This document shows, piece after piece, positions 9,859 through 20,341 of a stretch of DNA of 54,976 nt. The notes under the pieces are model-generated. The model saw only the letters and a program-made list of their open reading frames with translations. It had not been told where the DNA came from and made no database searches. Origin of the DNA: an uncultured delta proteobacterium (GTDB lineage Bacteria > Desulfobacterota > Syntrophia > Syntrophales > UBA5619). Location: contig CAWFOM010000019.1 of NCBI GenBank assembly GCA_963817385.1, forward strand, positions 1 to 54,976, read 5' to 3'. Position 1 is the stretch's first letter; each line of letters starts with the position of its first letter. The translations under genes and the position numbers were made by a program.

Positions 9859-10002
9859 GAAGAATGGCCGACAAGTTGGCATTAGCTCTTTGTATCTTGG
9901 ATGGTTTGCTGCGGCGATGTTGCGGTAAAATCATCATGTCCGTCAAGAGAAATCACCTGCGCCTGTTGGATGCCGGAGCTATTGCCCTGGGCGGAACGGG
10001 GA

Positions 10003-10334
10003 TCAGGCCGGAAAGAGGATCTGGGAATAGGGGAAGTGACGCTCCAGGATCTCACGGATCTCCGCTTGCTCAGCTTTCGCTCTGCGACCGGTGCGACGAC
10101 GCTCACGGGGGTGCCGTTTTCCGACAGCCGGTCCTTCCAGGCGACGATGTAGCCGGGGATGTTGACGAACCGGCAGCCCTGGGTGCCGCAGCAGGAGCTT
10201 CCGACGGCGGCGATCCCGACGACCGCGAGGAGCTCCCGGCCGTGGTGGACGATCCTTTGCTCTTCGATGATCGTGTAGTGGCCGGCGATGAACCGGACCT
10301 CCGTTCCCGGCGCCTGGTGCAGGTATTCCGGCAT
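10003..10334 (-). CDS. hypothetical protein with CC-x4-C motif; one apparent frameshift near 10080
   Basis: GGAGG RBS right after mnmE; N-terminus from ORF 9882..10334 (SSCCGTQGC), C-terminus AEQAEIREILERHFPYSQILFPA from ORF 10003..10515. Confidence 0.65.
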
Positions 10335-10352
10335 AGCCCCCTCCGTGCCAAT

Positions 10353-11739
10353 CTATTTGCCGACGCAGAACTTGGTGAAGATCCTCTCGATCACCTCCTC
10401 CGGCGTCGTTCGGCCGGTGATCTCTCCGAGCGCATCCAGGGCCTCCCGGACCTCCAGGGCGACCAGTTCCGGCGGGAGTTCTTCGTGCAGGCCGTTTTGG
10501 GCGCGGCCGAGGCATTCCGCCGCCCTCTCCAGGGAGACCTTCTGGTGGAGATGGGCGATCATCGTCTCCTGCGCCTCCTCGGCGGGTTGTACGAGGAGTA
10601 TCTCCCGGATCGCCGTTGTGAGGCTCTCGATGCCGCTGCCGTATTTGGCGGATATGCGGATGGGATCAGGCGCGGCTTCCGGGAGGAGCCCTTGGAGTTC
10701 TGCCGCGTCGAGGAATTGAGGGAGGTCGGATTTGTTGATCACGGGGATGAGGGGTTTTGCCGGCAGCTTGCCCAGGAGCTCGCGATCATCCGGTGTCAGC
10801 GCCATGCTTCCGTCCAGGAGAACAAGTATCGCGTCGGCGGTGGCGAGGCGCTCCCAGACGAGGCCGATCCCTTCCCGTTCGATCGCGTTTTCCGGCGGCC
10901 GAATCCCGGCGGTGTCGGTCAGGCGGACGGGGATTCCCGCGATGTCGATGGCCTCTTCGATGAAGTCCCGCGTCGTTCCGGGAATGGCGGTGACGATCGC
11001 CCGCTTCTCGCCGAGGAGGCGGTTCAGGAGGCTCGATTTCCCGACGTTCGGCCGGCCGGCGATCACGATGCCGACCCCCTCCCGGGTGATCCGGCCCCGT
11101 CGGTAGGTTGCCGCGAGGGCGTTGATGTCGTCAATGAGCGGCCGGTAGTTCGGTGGAGTCGGCGCCGGACGCCTCCACGACGCCGTCTTCTTCGCAAAAG
11201 TCGATGGCGGCCTCGATCCCGGCCAGGAGGTCGATGATCGTGTTTCTGATGCTCCCGATCCGTCCGGAGAGGCCCCCACTCAGGCGGTCGGCGGCGGCGA
11301 AGAGCCCCTCCCGCGTCTGCGCCGTGATGAGATCGTAAACCGCCTCGGCCTGGGAGAGGTCGAGGCGGTCGTTGATAAACGCCCTTTTCGTGAACTCTCC
11401 CCGTTCGGCGGGACGCGCCCCGCCGCGGAAGACCTCGTCCAGGACGGTCCGGAGAATAAAAGGGCCGCCGTGGCAGTTGATCTCCAGCATGTCTTCGCCC
11501 GTGTAGGTGTGCGGCCCCTCCATGAAGGCGACAAGGACGTCGTCCAGGACCGCGCCCGTTTCCGGGACGACGATCTCGCCGTGGGTGAGATGATGGGAAA
11601 TAAACCGGGCGAGCGGCCGGGTGGGTCTGAACAGGCGGCGGGCGATCTCCTCCGCTGACGGTCCGCTGACGCGGATCAGGCCGATCCCTCCGACGCCGGG
11701 CGGCGTCGCTATGGCTGCGATGGTCTCCCTGAAGGGCAT
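10353..11739 (-). CDS. mnmE: tRNA modification GTPase MnmE; +1 frameshift near 11143
   Basis: ETIAAIATPPGVGGIGLIRVSG, GRPNVGKSS, GTTRD, DTAG, NKSD, C-terminal FCVGK. Confidence 0.97.
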
Positions 11740-11770
11740 GGGATCAGGGCCTCCCTCCGTCGGTTTGCCG

Positions 11771-12568
11771 TCAGGCGTCGGCGTGATCCGGTCCCCTGCG
11801 GGCCGGGAGGATCAAGATCTTCCGGTATTCTCCCTCGCCGCGGCTCTTCGTCGTCAGGGTCGTGTCGTTTTGCATGGCGAGGTGAATGATGCGGCGGTCG
11901 TGGGCGTTCATTTGACCGACCGTCACCGGTTTTTTCGTCTTCTTCACCTTTTCGCCGAGCCGCATCGCCAGGGCGATGAGGGATTCCTCCCGCCTCTTGC
12001 GGTAATCCTCCGTGTCGACGATGATCATCTTATGGCCGTTGGCGGAGCGGTGGGTTGACTTGTTGACGATATACTGGATGGCGTCGAGGTTCTGTCCTCG
12101 CTTTCCGATCAGGAGGCCGCTCCCGTCACCCTGGATGTTCAGGATGATCGCCTCTTCCGTCTCCTGTCCGGCGATGGGGGATTCGATCTGCATCCGCGTC
12201 AGGATACCCTCGAGAATCCGCTTTGCCTTTTCTGCGGCCGGCTCGTCATCGGAGGGGGTGCCTGCCGGCTGAGATACCGCCGGGGGTGGGGAAGCCGTCC
12301 GCTCCCCCTGCTCCGCCGGGGCCGTCGGGGTCTGGTCCGCTCCGGCCGGGAGCCTCGACTCCCGCCGGGCAAACGGGGTATCGAGCGCCATATCGATGGT
12401 CAGGAGGCTCGCCCGGATCAATGCTTTTTTCGCCCCCATGCCGAGAAATCCCGGAGTCCCCTCGGAGATGATCTCGATGTTCAATTTCTCCCGGGGGACC
12501 TGAAACTCGCTGCATGCGTTTGCTATGGCTTCATCGATAGACTTTCCTTCGATTTCCCTTCCGTCCAT
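11771..12568 (-). CDS. jag: Jag/EloR/KhpB RNA-binding protein (Jag_N, KH, R3H)
   Basis: EGKSIDEAI, GFLGMG, LLIGKRGQNLDAIQY, MNAHDRRIIH; start at MDGREIEGK. Confidence 0.95.
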   Translation of the reverse strand: MDGREIEGKSIDEAIANACSEFQVPREKLNIEIISEGTPGFLGMGAKKALIRASLLTIDMALDTPFARRESRLPAGADQTPTAPAEQGERTASPPPAVSQPAGTPSDDEPAAEKAKRILEGILTRMQIESPIAGQETEEAIILNIQGDGSGLLIGKRGQNLDAIQYIVNKSTHRSANGHKMIIVDTEDYRKRREESLIALAMRLGEKVKKTKKPVTVGQMNAHDRRIIHLAMQNDTTLTTKSRGEGEYRKILILPARRGPDHADA

Positions 12569-12597
12569 TGCTGCTGCACCTCTGTCTGTATCCGGTA

Positions 12598-14304
12598 TCA
12601 TGCCGGTTGCCTGTTGATGTACACCTGCTGGCCGATGCTGATGATGTTGTTGAACAGCCAGTAGATCACCAGCCCCGACGGGAAGTTCAGGAACATGAAG
12701 GTGAAGATTATCGGCATGAAGAGCATGATCTTCGCCTGCATCGGGTCTGCTCCGGTGGGGGTCATCTTCTGCTGAATGAACATCGTGCCGCCCATGATGA
12801 TCGGCGTGATGTAGTAGGGGTCCTTCGCGGAGAGGTCCTGTATCCACCAGAAGAGAGGGGAGTGGCGCAACTCGATCGCATAGAGCAGGCACTTGTAGAG
12901 GCCGAAAAAGACCGGAATCTGCACGATCATCGGCAGACACCCGCCCAGGGGGTTCACTTTGTGCGTTTTGTAGAGGGCCATCGATTCCTGGCTGAGTTTT
13001 GTCTTGTCGTCCTTGTACTTCTCGCGCAGGGCGGCCATCTTCGGCTGGAGCTTCTGCATCTCTTTCATCGATTTGTAGCTCTTGTTTCCCAGCGGCCAGA
13101 AGATCACCTTGATAAGGATCGTCAGGATGATGATCGCAATCCCGTAGTTGTGAACGTAATCGTAGAGGAACTTGAGGGCGGCAAGCAGAGGCATGGCAAG
13201 CCACTTGAGCCAGTCACCGAAGTCGATCGCGTTCTCCAGACCCACGTTCTGGGCCTTGAGGATGGTGTGATCCTTGGGACCCAGATAGAGGGAATAGTTG
13301 AACACACCGGGCTGCCCGGGGGGGATCACGTTTGCCGGACCCTTCAGGCTTACGGCAATGAGATTACTGTTGTCCTTGGACATTCGGAAACTCGTCAACG
13401 ACGGGTTCTGCGGTATCAGGGAGGCAATGAAATACTTGCTCTCGAACCCCCCCCAGGAAACGTTGGGGCCGAGGACTTTGTCCGCCTCAAGTTTGGCGAC
13501 CTCGGGCCGGTCGATGCTCTTGGCGATATAGGAGACGGGGCCGTCGTGACCGTAACTGTCAACCGGCGCAGCGGGATCGACGTACTGATACCAGGTCAGA
13601 CCGCCGCTTTGGTTCAAGGGGTAGCCGGCGAGGTTGTGAACCCGGACCTCCAGTTCGAAACTGTATTTATCCGGGTGGAAGGTGAAGATCTTGTCGATTC
13701 TCAACTCACCCGGATAGGTCTGGGTGAAGGTCAGTTTCCGGGGGTCCGTTCCCCGCGTCATGTCAAGCGTGCCGCCGTCCGCCATATAGAACCCGTCACC
13801 GGGGATATTTACGGTTGAATCAGGAAATGAGACGGCCAGCGGTCGCGGCATCCCCTCTTTGACATGGACCAGCTCGACGAGTTTCGATTGACCCTCGGGT
13901 TTCGGCGTGCCCTTGCCGATCAGGCGATAGAAGATGTCGACGAGGTCGTCGGTGTTCTCGATGGTCGTTTTAAACTGTTTTAACTGAAACGATTTCAGGG
14001 CGGCGCCCCGCGTCGTGAAAACGGCCCGGTAGAGGGAGGTTTCCACGATGATGTCCCGCTCCGTTCCGGCCGCGGCCTGAGCGCCGATTATCCGGCCGGT
14101 TGTCTGCTGGGTCTGAATCGCGGGCGGGGGCATCGTTTTTTCGGTCGCAGTGGGGGCCGGTGTGGCTGCCTGCGGGGTGACGGCGGCATCCTGTTTGACC
14201 GGCGCCGTCTGCTGCGTTTTGACCGGCGGCTTGACGAAGAAAGTCTGATACGTGAATATTACTGCAATCGAGAGGACAACGGCGAGAAGTGTTCTCTTGT
14301 CCAT
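12598..14304 (-). CDS. yidC: membrane protein insertase YidC
   Basis: NYGIAIIILTILIK, NPLGGCLPMIVQIPVF, WIQDLSAKDPYYI, PSGLVIYW. Confidence 0.98.
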   Translation of the reverse strand: MDKRTLLAVVLSIAVIFTYQTFFVKPPVKTQQTAPVKQDAAVTPQAATPAPTATEKTMPPPAIQTQQTTGRIIGAQAAAGTERDIIVETSLYRAVFTTRGAALKSFQLKQFKTTIENTDDLVDIFYRLIGKGTPKPEGQSKLVELVHVKEGMPRPLAVSFPDSTVNIPGDGFYMADGGTLDMTRGTDPRKLTFTQTYPGELRIDKIFTFHPDKYSFELEVRVHNLAGYPLNQSGGLTWYQYVDPAAPVDSYGHDGPVSYIAKSIDRPEVAKLEADKVLGPNVSWGGFESKYFIASLIPQNPSLTSFRMSKDNSNLIAVSLKGPANVIPPGQPGVFNYSLYLGPKDHTILKAQNVGLENAIDFGDWLKWLAMPLLAALKFLYDYVHNYGIAIIILTILIKVIFWPLGNKSYKSMKEMQKLQPKMAALREKYKDDKTKLSQESMALYKTHKVNPLGGCLPMIVQIPVFFGLYKCLLYAIELRHSPLFWWIQDLSAKDPYYITPIIMGGTMFIQQKMTPTGADPMQAKIMLFMPIIFTFMFLNFPSGLVIYWLFNNIISIGQQVYINRQPA

Positions 14305-14334
14305 TCATAACCTCCAAAGAGTGCGCATATTTTA

Positions 14335-14571
14335 TTACTTCACCGGGTCATATCCGCCGGGGTGGAACGGGTGACAGCGAAGAAGGCGTCTCAGGGCCAT
14401 GACAGTCCCCTTCACGGGACCATAGCTCCCGACGGCTTCAATCGCGTATTCGGAGCAGCTCGGATGGAAACGGCAGCAGGGAAGCAAATAGGGGGAAATG
14501 CACATCTGGTACGTGCGGATCAGCACGATAACAAATCTTCCCAGAATTTGCACGAAAAGGCTTTCAGGCAT
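14335..14571 (-). CDS. yidD: membrane protein insertion efficiency factor YidD
   Basis: [14 protein letters not shown]...[16 protein letters not shown]. Confidence 0.97.
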   Translation of the reverse strand: MPESLFVQILGRFVIVLIRTYQMCISPYLLPCCRFHPSCSEYAIEAVGSYGPVKGTVMALRRLLRCHPFHPGGYDPVK

Positions 14572-14911
14572 CGGCTCGGTTGATCAGGCGGCTCTCCAGT
14601 TCTATGCAAACATCATTGTAAGTCAACGGCAATATTCCTCTTTTTGCAATGATTACGATGTCCTGAGAGGCTGGAAGCCTGGATTTGTTTAATCGAAAAA
14701 ACTCTCGTAAAAGGCGCTTGATCCTGTTTCTCTGTACCGCGTTCCCCGCTTTTTTACTGACCGTCATACCCAATCTTCTGATTCCCGATCGATTCGGGCA
14801 GATAATGATGGTGAAACGTTGCGTATGGCGCCGAACCCCCTGCTCGTAGATCCGCAAATAGTCTTGTCTTTTTCGGACACGCTCATCGTTGCCAAAGGTT
14901 TGGGTTTCCAT
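14564..14911 (-). CDS. rnpA: ribonuclease P protein component
   Basis: [25 protein letters not shown] (RNR motif). Confidence 0.97.
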   Translation of the reverse strand: METQTFGNDERVRKRQDYLRIYEQGVRRHTQRFTIIICPNRSGIRRLGMTVSKKAGNAVQRNRIKRLLREFFRLNKSRLPASQDIVIIAKRGILPLTYNDVCIELESRLINRADA

Positions 14912-14966
14912 GCCGTACCGCCCCTTTCCCGGGGCCTGCCCGATCCGCCTTTGGCCCGCCCGCGGG

Positions 14967-15104
14967 CTACACCGTCAATCTCTTTCTCCCTTTCGCCCGT
15001 CTCCTGCTCAGGACCGCCCGTCCCCCCTTGGTGGCCATCCGGACGAGGAAACCATGCGTTCGCTTCATCTTCGTGTTGCTGAAATTCGTCAATGTCTTTT
15101 TCAT
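14967..15104 (-). CDS. rpmH: 50S ribosomal protein L34 (45 aa, not in ORF track)
   Basis: [45 protein letters not shown], upstream of rnpA. Confidence 0.95.
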   Translation of the reverse strand: MKKTLTNFSNTKMKRTHGFLVRMATKGGRAVLSRRRAKGRKRLTV

Positions 15105-15360
15105 AGTCTGGTCCCCGGTTCAAATTAATAAGTTTTTTTATAAACCATACCGGGGATCGTTTGTCAAGGCAAATATGGCCGCGGCTGAGAGCATGGATTC
15201 CCCGGAGGACCTCCCGGAAGGTGGCTTTCCAATTGACAACCGACCTATCTTATGTGACTGTTTTTCCAATCGATGAATCCTGCTGAGTGGTCGAAGAAAC
15301 CGATGTTGTAAGAACCTGCGTAAACATTGTTGCCATCTTCAGTTCCCGGAGGGTATTTGC

Positions 15361-16257
15361 GTGCAAGTAATCGATGTGCTGTGCGTCGGCGCCGCTTCTT
15401 ATGATTTTGTTTTCCGGGTGGATCACCATCCTAAACCTGATGAAAAGACTTCTGCAGACGCATTTGTCCGTTGCGGCGGCGGGCCTGCCGCCAATGCCTC
15501 CGTCATGGTTTCCCGTATGGGAATGAAATCGGCCTTTGCCGGGTATCTTGGCGACGATCTGTTCGGTGGGCTCCATCTTCAAGAGTTGCAATCGGCGGGA
15601 GTCAATACGGAGCTGGTCGTGCGGGGAGAATATCCGACGCCGGTATCCAGCGTTATCGTGAAGCCCTCGGGTGATCGGTCACTGGTCAATTATCGCTCCG
15701 CGGGATCCGTGCTTCCCGGCGACCGTATCGATTTCTCCGCCATTCAGTCCAAAGGTAGTTCTGTTTGACGGTCATGAACCCGAACTTTCCCTTGCACTGC
15801 TGCAGAAAGCCCGCGCCGGGGGAGCAGAAACCATTCTCGATGCCGGTTCAGTGAATCGGGGCACCTCTGCAACTTTTTGATAAGGTAGGTTATCTGGTCT
15901 GCTCCGAGAGATTTGCTTATGAATTCACCGGGACGTCTTCACCCGATCGTGGCGATCGAACGATTAAGTGCCCATAATCACCGTGTCGTAATCACTCTGG
16001 GCAGGGAGGGCCTCATCTGGAGGAATGCGAGCGGGGAGGGACGGATCCCCGCTTTCCCGGTCGAGACCAGAGACAGTACCGGTGCGGGGGATGTGTTTCA
16101 TGGGGCGTTTGCCGGGTCACTTGCGATGGGCAAGGAGTGGAATGATATTTTGCTCTACTCGAGCGCAGCGGCGGCCCTAAGTTGCACCAGGCTGGGGGCG
16201 CGGACGGGTATTCCGGAAGGCATCGAAGTGGAAAGGTTTCTGAGAGCTTCGGTTTGA
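15361..16257 (+). CDS. PfkB family carbohydrate kinase; three apparent +1 frameshifts (near 15748, 15865, 15948)
   Basis: [39 protein letters not shown]. Confidence 0.9.
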
Positions 16258-16300
16258 CAATATCTACCAAGGGTGTTATCAAATAACGATGATATTTGAT
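16254..16300 (+). promoter_or_regulatory. putative sigma70 promoter overlapped by an inverted-repeat operator upstream of the ABC operon
   Basis: TTGACA (16254-16259)-17 nt-TATCAA with TGn extension; ATCAAATA-N7-TATTTGAT at 16278-16300. Confidence 0.5.
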
Positions 16301-16386
16301 GAACAGCCCGGGAAAGCCCCATCCCGCGGGCAGGCCTGGGTGGCGGGTGGGGCGAGGCGATGTCATTCATGGAAGGAGGAGATGGT

Positions 16387-17403
16387 ATGAAGAAACTCAT
16401 CGCGATAGTCGTTTTGCTGGTATTCATGGCTCCCGGCGTCTTTGCGGCGGGGCAAGAGGCGGCAGGGCAGGCCCTGGCGGAAAAGGCAAAAGCGGAAGGG
16501 AAGGTGACGTTTTATGCAAACATTACTTCTGTCGAGCCGATCCTTGAGGATTTCACCAAGCGGTACGGCGTCAAGGCGGAGTATACGAGACTCTCGACCA
16601 CCAAGTTTATCGCGACCATCCTGACGGAGCACGCGGCCGGAAAGCTCACGGCGGATGTCCTCCAAGCGCCGATGCCGGTCCTGGATCTGCTCAAGGAAAA
16701 GGGCGTCCTGGCGTCGTACACGTCGCCCGCCTCGGCCGGATATCCGAAATGGACGAATAAGGACGGCAAGATCCAGAGCTTCGGTATCGAATATGCCGCC
16801 CTGATCTACAACAAGGAACTCGTCAAACCGGCCGACGTCCCCAAAAAGTACGAGGACCTGACCGATCCGAAATGGAAGGGGAAGATCGTCATGGCCGATC
16901 CCTCCTCCCATCCGACGACCATCTCCTGGCTCATCGGGCTCAGGGAAAACGTCATCAAGTCGGAAGCGGACTGGATGAAGTTCCTCAAGGGGCTGGCCGC
17001 CAACAAGCCGATGTTCGTGGCTTCGTTCGGCCCCACGCCCGCGCCGATCGAAAGCGGCGAGAAGCTGATCGGCATCTCCATGCCGAAGTACATCATCACC
17101 AAGGCGCCCGCGCCCCTGGATTGGGCGAAGGTTTCCCAACCCATGATGGGAACACCCCGGGGGATGGCGATCACCGCCGGCGCGCCCCATCCGAACGCCT
17201 CCCGGCTCTTCGTTGATTACTGGCTCTCCCGGGATGCAATGAAGATCATGGCCGAGAAGGTGGGTGAATACGTCCTGGCTCCGGGAGTCTATCCCCCCAT
17301 CGCCGGGATCGATAAGGCCAACGTCATCCCGATCCGTGAACTGTCGGATGAGGAGATCAAAAAGTGGGGCGGCGAATTCAAGAAGATATTCGAAGTTCAG
17401 TGA
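16387..17403 (+). CDS. ABC transporter substrate-binding protein (AfuA/FbpA-like)
   Basis: Signal peptide; AKAEGKVTFY, LIYNKELV, DLTDPKWKGKIVMADP, APHPNASRLFVDYWLS. Confidence 0.92.
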   Translation: MKKLIAIVVLLVFMAPGVFAAGQEAAGQALAEKAKAEGKVTFYANITSVEPILEDFTKRYGVKAEYTRLSTTKFIATILTEHAAGKLTADVLQAPMPVLDLLKEKGVLASYTSPASAGYPKWTNKDGKIQSFGIEYAALIYNKELVKPADVPKKYEDLTDPKWKGKIVMADPSSHPTTISWLIGLRENVIKSEADWMKFLKGLAANKPMFVASFGPTPAPIESGEKLIGISMPKYIITKAPAPLDWAKVSQPMMGTPRGMAITAGAPHPNASRLFVDYWLSRDAMKIMAEKVGEYVLAPGVYPPIAGIDKANVIPIRELSDEEIKKWGGEFKKIFEVQ

Positions 17404-17435
17404 TCTTCACCGCCTCTTTGAAAACGCAGCGAGCG

Positions 17436-17498
17436 ATCCCGCAGCTCGCCGGGTAGGCGAGATAGACGAAATGATTTGTTCCGCTTAAGGATCTTCAA
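17436..17498. repeat. degenerate REP-like palindromic repeat
   Basis: cccgcagctcgccgggtaggcgag...ttgttccgcttaaggatc matches 37535..37635. Confidence 0.6.
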
Positions 17499-17546
17499 AT
17501 GGGGACAGGGAACAGTGATCTGTCCATTTTTCTCAGGTCATACCCG

Positions 17547-18636
17547 ATGGAAATCAGAATCAAGAACCTCACCAAGAACTATTATTCTGAAGGCAAGACG
17601 ATTGCGGCCCTGGACCACGTGGATCTGACCATCCCGGCCAACCGCATCTTCACCCTCCTGGGGCCAAGCGGCTGCGGCAAAACCACCCTGCTTCGGTGCA
17701 TCGTCGGCCTGGAGATGCCGGATGCGGGAGAGATCGCCATCGGCGATGAGGTCGTCTTCTCCCGGGAGAAGAACATCTCCGTCCCGCCGGAGAAACGGGG
17801 GCTGGGCATGGTGTTCCAGAGCTATGCGATCTGGCCCCACATGAATGTGTTTGACAACGTGGCCTATCCCCTCCAGACCCGGAATGAACCCCGAGAGGAG
17901 ATCATCAGGAAGGTCGAAAAGACGCTCCATTTCGTCCAACTCGACGGATTCGAAAACCGGCCGGCGACGAGACTCAGCGGCGGTCAGCAGCAGCGGGTCG
18001 CCCTGGCCCGGGCCCTGGTCGCCGAACCGAAGGTGATCCTCTTCGACGAACCTCTCAGCAATCTGGACGCCAAGCTTCGGGAGGAGACGCGCAAGGAGTT
18101 GCGGAGCTTTCTCACCGAGCTCAAGATCACCGCCGTCTATGTGACCCATGACCGGATCGAGGCCCTGTCGCTCTCGGACACGGTCGCCGTGATGAAGAGC
18201 GGCGGAATCGTCGAGACGGGAACGCCGTGGGAGATCTATTTCGATTCCGACCGGCGGTTCGTGGCGGATTTCATCGGCCGGGCGAACTTCATCGAGGGCC
18301 GGGTCGCGTCGGTCGAGGGGCCCGATACGATGATCGCCTCCGCGATCGGCGAGTATCTCCTGCAAGAAGAAGATCGATGCCTCGCCGGGAACGGCGGTCA
18401 CGGTGTGCATCCGCCCCGAGTTCATCCGGGTGCTTCCGGGCAGCCAGCCTGAGGGGCGCAACATCTTCCGGGGCAGGGTCGAATCCCTGGTCTTCGTCGG
18501 CGACGCGTACGAGGGGGAGATCCGGGTCGGGGAAACCCTCGTGATCTTCCGGATCGAGCCGACGACCGCAGTACGGGAAGGCGAAGAGATCGCCCTCTGC
18601 TTCGACCCGGGTCACTGCTCCATCCTCTTGAATTAA
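17547..18636 (+). CDS. ABC transporter ATP-binding protein (FbpC/PotA-like, TOBE domain); +1 frameshift near 18350
   Basis: GPSGCGKT, LSGGQQQRVALARAL, ILFDEPLSNLD; C-terminus in ORF 18403..18636. Confidence 0.93.
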
Positions 18637-18645
18637 ACAGGTAAC

Positions 18646-20331
18646 ATGCGATGCACAAGACGCAGAACGGCCCTGACGCCGACCCTGATCGCAATCGTCG
18701 GATTTCTCACCGTCTGCCCTGTCGTCATGCTCATCCTGGGGAGCTTCAGCGAAGGACTCGGCGCCTTCGGCACCTTCACGCTCGCGAAGTACGTAAGCGC
18801 CTACACCGACCCCGCGTTTGCCGACATTATCGTCAATACGGTTATCTTCACCATCGGATCCGCGATCGTCTCTACGGTCCTGGCACTGTTTTTGGCCTAT
18901 CTGAACACCCGGACCAACATCCCCTTCAAATATCTCTTTCGGATCATCTCCCTGATTCCGATGATGGTTCCCCACATCCTCTTCGCCGTGAGCTGGGTTC
19001 TCCTTCTCAACCCTTCGAACGGGATGATCAACCTCTTTCTCCGGCAGGTCTTCGGCCTGGAGGGGGCGGCGCTCAACATCTACACCCTCAAGGGGATGAT
19101 CCTCGTGGAGGGGCTCCTGGATCTGCCGATCGCCTACCTGGTGATCGCCCCCGCCATGTCGGCTTTCGACGTCTCCCTGGAGGAATCCTCCAAGGTCTGC
19201 GGGGCGTCGAACCGGCGGACGCTCTTCAGGGTGACCCTGCCGGTCCTTCGGCCGGCCATCCTGGCCGCGATGACGCTGGTCATCGTCCGCAGTCTCGCCT
19301 CCTTCGCCGTCCCTTCGGTCATCGGCATGCCGGGGAGGATCTACGTGCTGGCCACCCACATCTACCGCGTCGTCGCCACCGGCTATAACACGGATTACGG
19401 CCTCGCGGCAGCGGTGGGGATGAGCGCGCTTATCGCCTCCATCACGCTCATCTTCCTCTACCGGCATCTGACCCGGGAAGGCGAGAAATACGTGACGATC
19501 TCCAGCAGGGGCTACCGACCGAGCGTGATCGACCTCAAGGGGGCACGGTATCCCCTCTTCGGGATCGTCGGGATCCTGTCGTTCATCCTGATCGTTCTGC
19601 CGGTTGCGGTCCTCTTCTACACCTCCGTCGTTCCCTACTCCATGGTGCCGAGTGCGAAGGCGTTCGCCATGATGAGCTGGAAGCACTGGATCGCGGTCCT
19701 CAAGGATCCCATTTCCCTGCTTTCCCTGAAGAACAGCCTTTACCTGGGCATCGGCGGGGCGACGCTGGGGATGATCCTCTCCTTCTTCGTTGCCTACGTC
19801 ATCGTCAAGGTCCGCTCGAAGGCCTCCGGCTTTCTCGAATCTCTGAGTTTCCTCTCCTTCTCGTTTCCGGGGATCGTCGTCGGCATCGGGTTCATGTGGT
19901 TTTTTGTCCAGACGCCTCTGTACGCCACGATCTGGGCGCTGCTCATCGGCTACATCGCCACCTACCTGCCCTACGGGATCCGGCCGCTCACGAGCGCCTT
20001 CGTCCAGATCCACAGCACCCTGGAGGAATCATCCCGGGTCTGCGGCGGCGGGCCGCTTTATACCATGCGGCGGATCGTTGTCCCCCTCCTGATTCCGGGG
20101 ATCGTCTCCGGGTGGATCCTGATGGCCACCATGTTCGTCCGGGAGCTCAGCCTCTCCGTCGTCCTGTCCCGGCCGGGTACCGAGGTCCTGGCCGTCCAGA
20201 TCCTCCGGTTTGCCGAGGACGGCCTGTGGGGGAGGCTCTCCGCCCTGGGGATCATGATGATCTTCATCTCCACGACCCTCGTGGTGATCGCCTCCCTCAT
20301 CGGCGCTAAGCTGACGAAGGTTGATAAATAG
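18646..20331 (+). CDS. ABC transporter permease with duplicated TM domains (FbpB/AfuB-like)
   Basis: Two EAA-like loops (LEESSKVCGAS, LEESSRVCGGG) and many TM helices. Confidence 0.93.
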   Translation: MRCTRRRTALTPTLIAIVGFLTVCPVVMLILGSFSEGLGAFGTFTLAKYVSAYTDPAFADIIVNTVIFTIGSAIVSTVLALFLAYLNTRTNIPFKYLFRIISLIPMMVPHILFAVSWVLLLNPSNGMINLFLRQVFGLEGAALNIYTLKGMILVEGLLDLPIAYLVIAPAMSAFDVSLEESSKVCGASNRRTLFRVTLPVLRPAILAAMTLVIVRSLASFAVPSVIGMPGRIYVLATHIYRVVATGYNTDYGLAAAVGMSALIASITLIFLYRHLTREGEKYVTISSRGYRPSVIDLKGARYPLFGIVGILSFILIVLPVAVLFYTSVVPYSMVPSAKAFAMMSWKHWIAVLKDPISLLSLKNSLYLGIGGATLGMILSFFVAYVIVKVRSKASGFLESLSFLSFSFPGIVVGIGFMWFFVQTPLYATIWALLIGYIATYLPYGIRPLTSAFVQIHSTLEESSRVCGGGPLYTMRRIVVPLLIPGIVSGWILMATMFVRELSLSVVLSRPGTEVLAVQILRFAEDGLWGRLSALGIMMIFISTTLVVIASLIGAKLTKVDK

Positions 20332-20341
20332 GGCCAGGCGG

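Noticed and set aside
9852..11237. 461 aa plus-strand ORF
   Set aside because: Antisense shadow of mnmE in GC-rich DNA; no recognisable motifs.
12568..13818. 416 aa plus-strand ORF, and the 5' extension of the jag ORF to 13204
   Set aside because: Antisense or alternate frame of yidC; jag starts at 12568.
15105..15360. Replication origin next to rpmH
   Set aside because: No dnaA and no clear DnaA boxes.
18289..20013. 574 aa minus-strand ORF
   Set aside because: Antisense shadow of the ABC permease.
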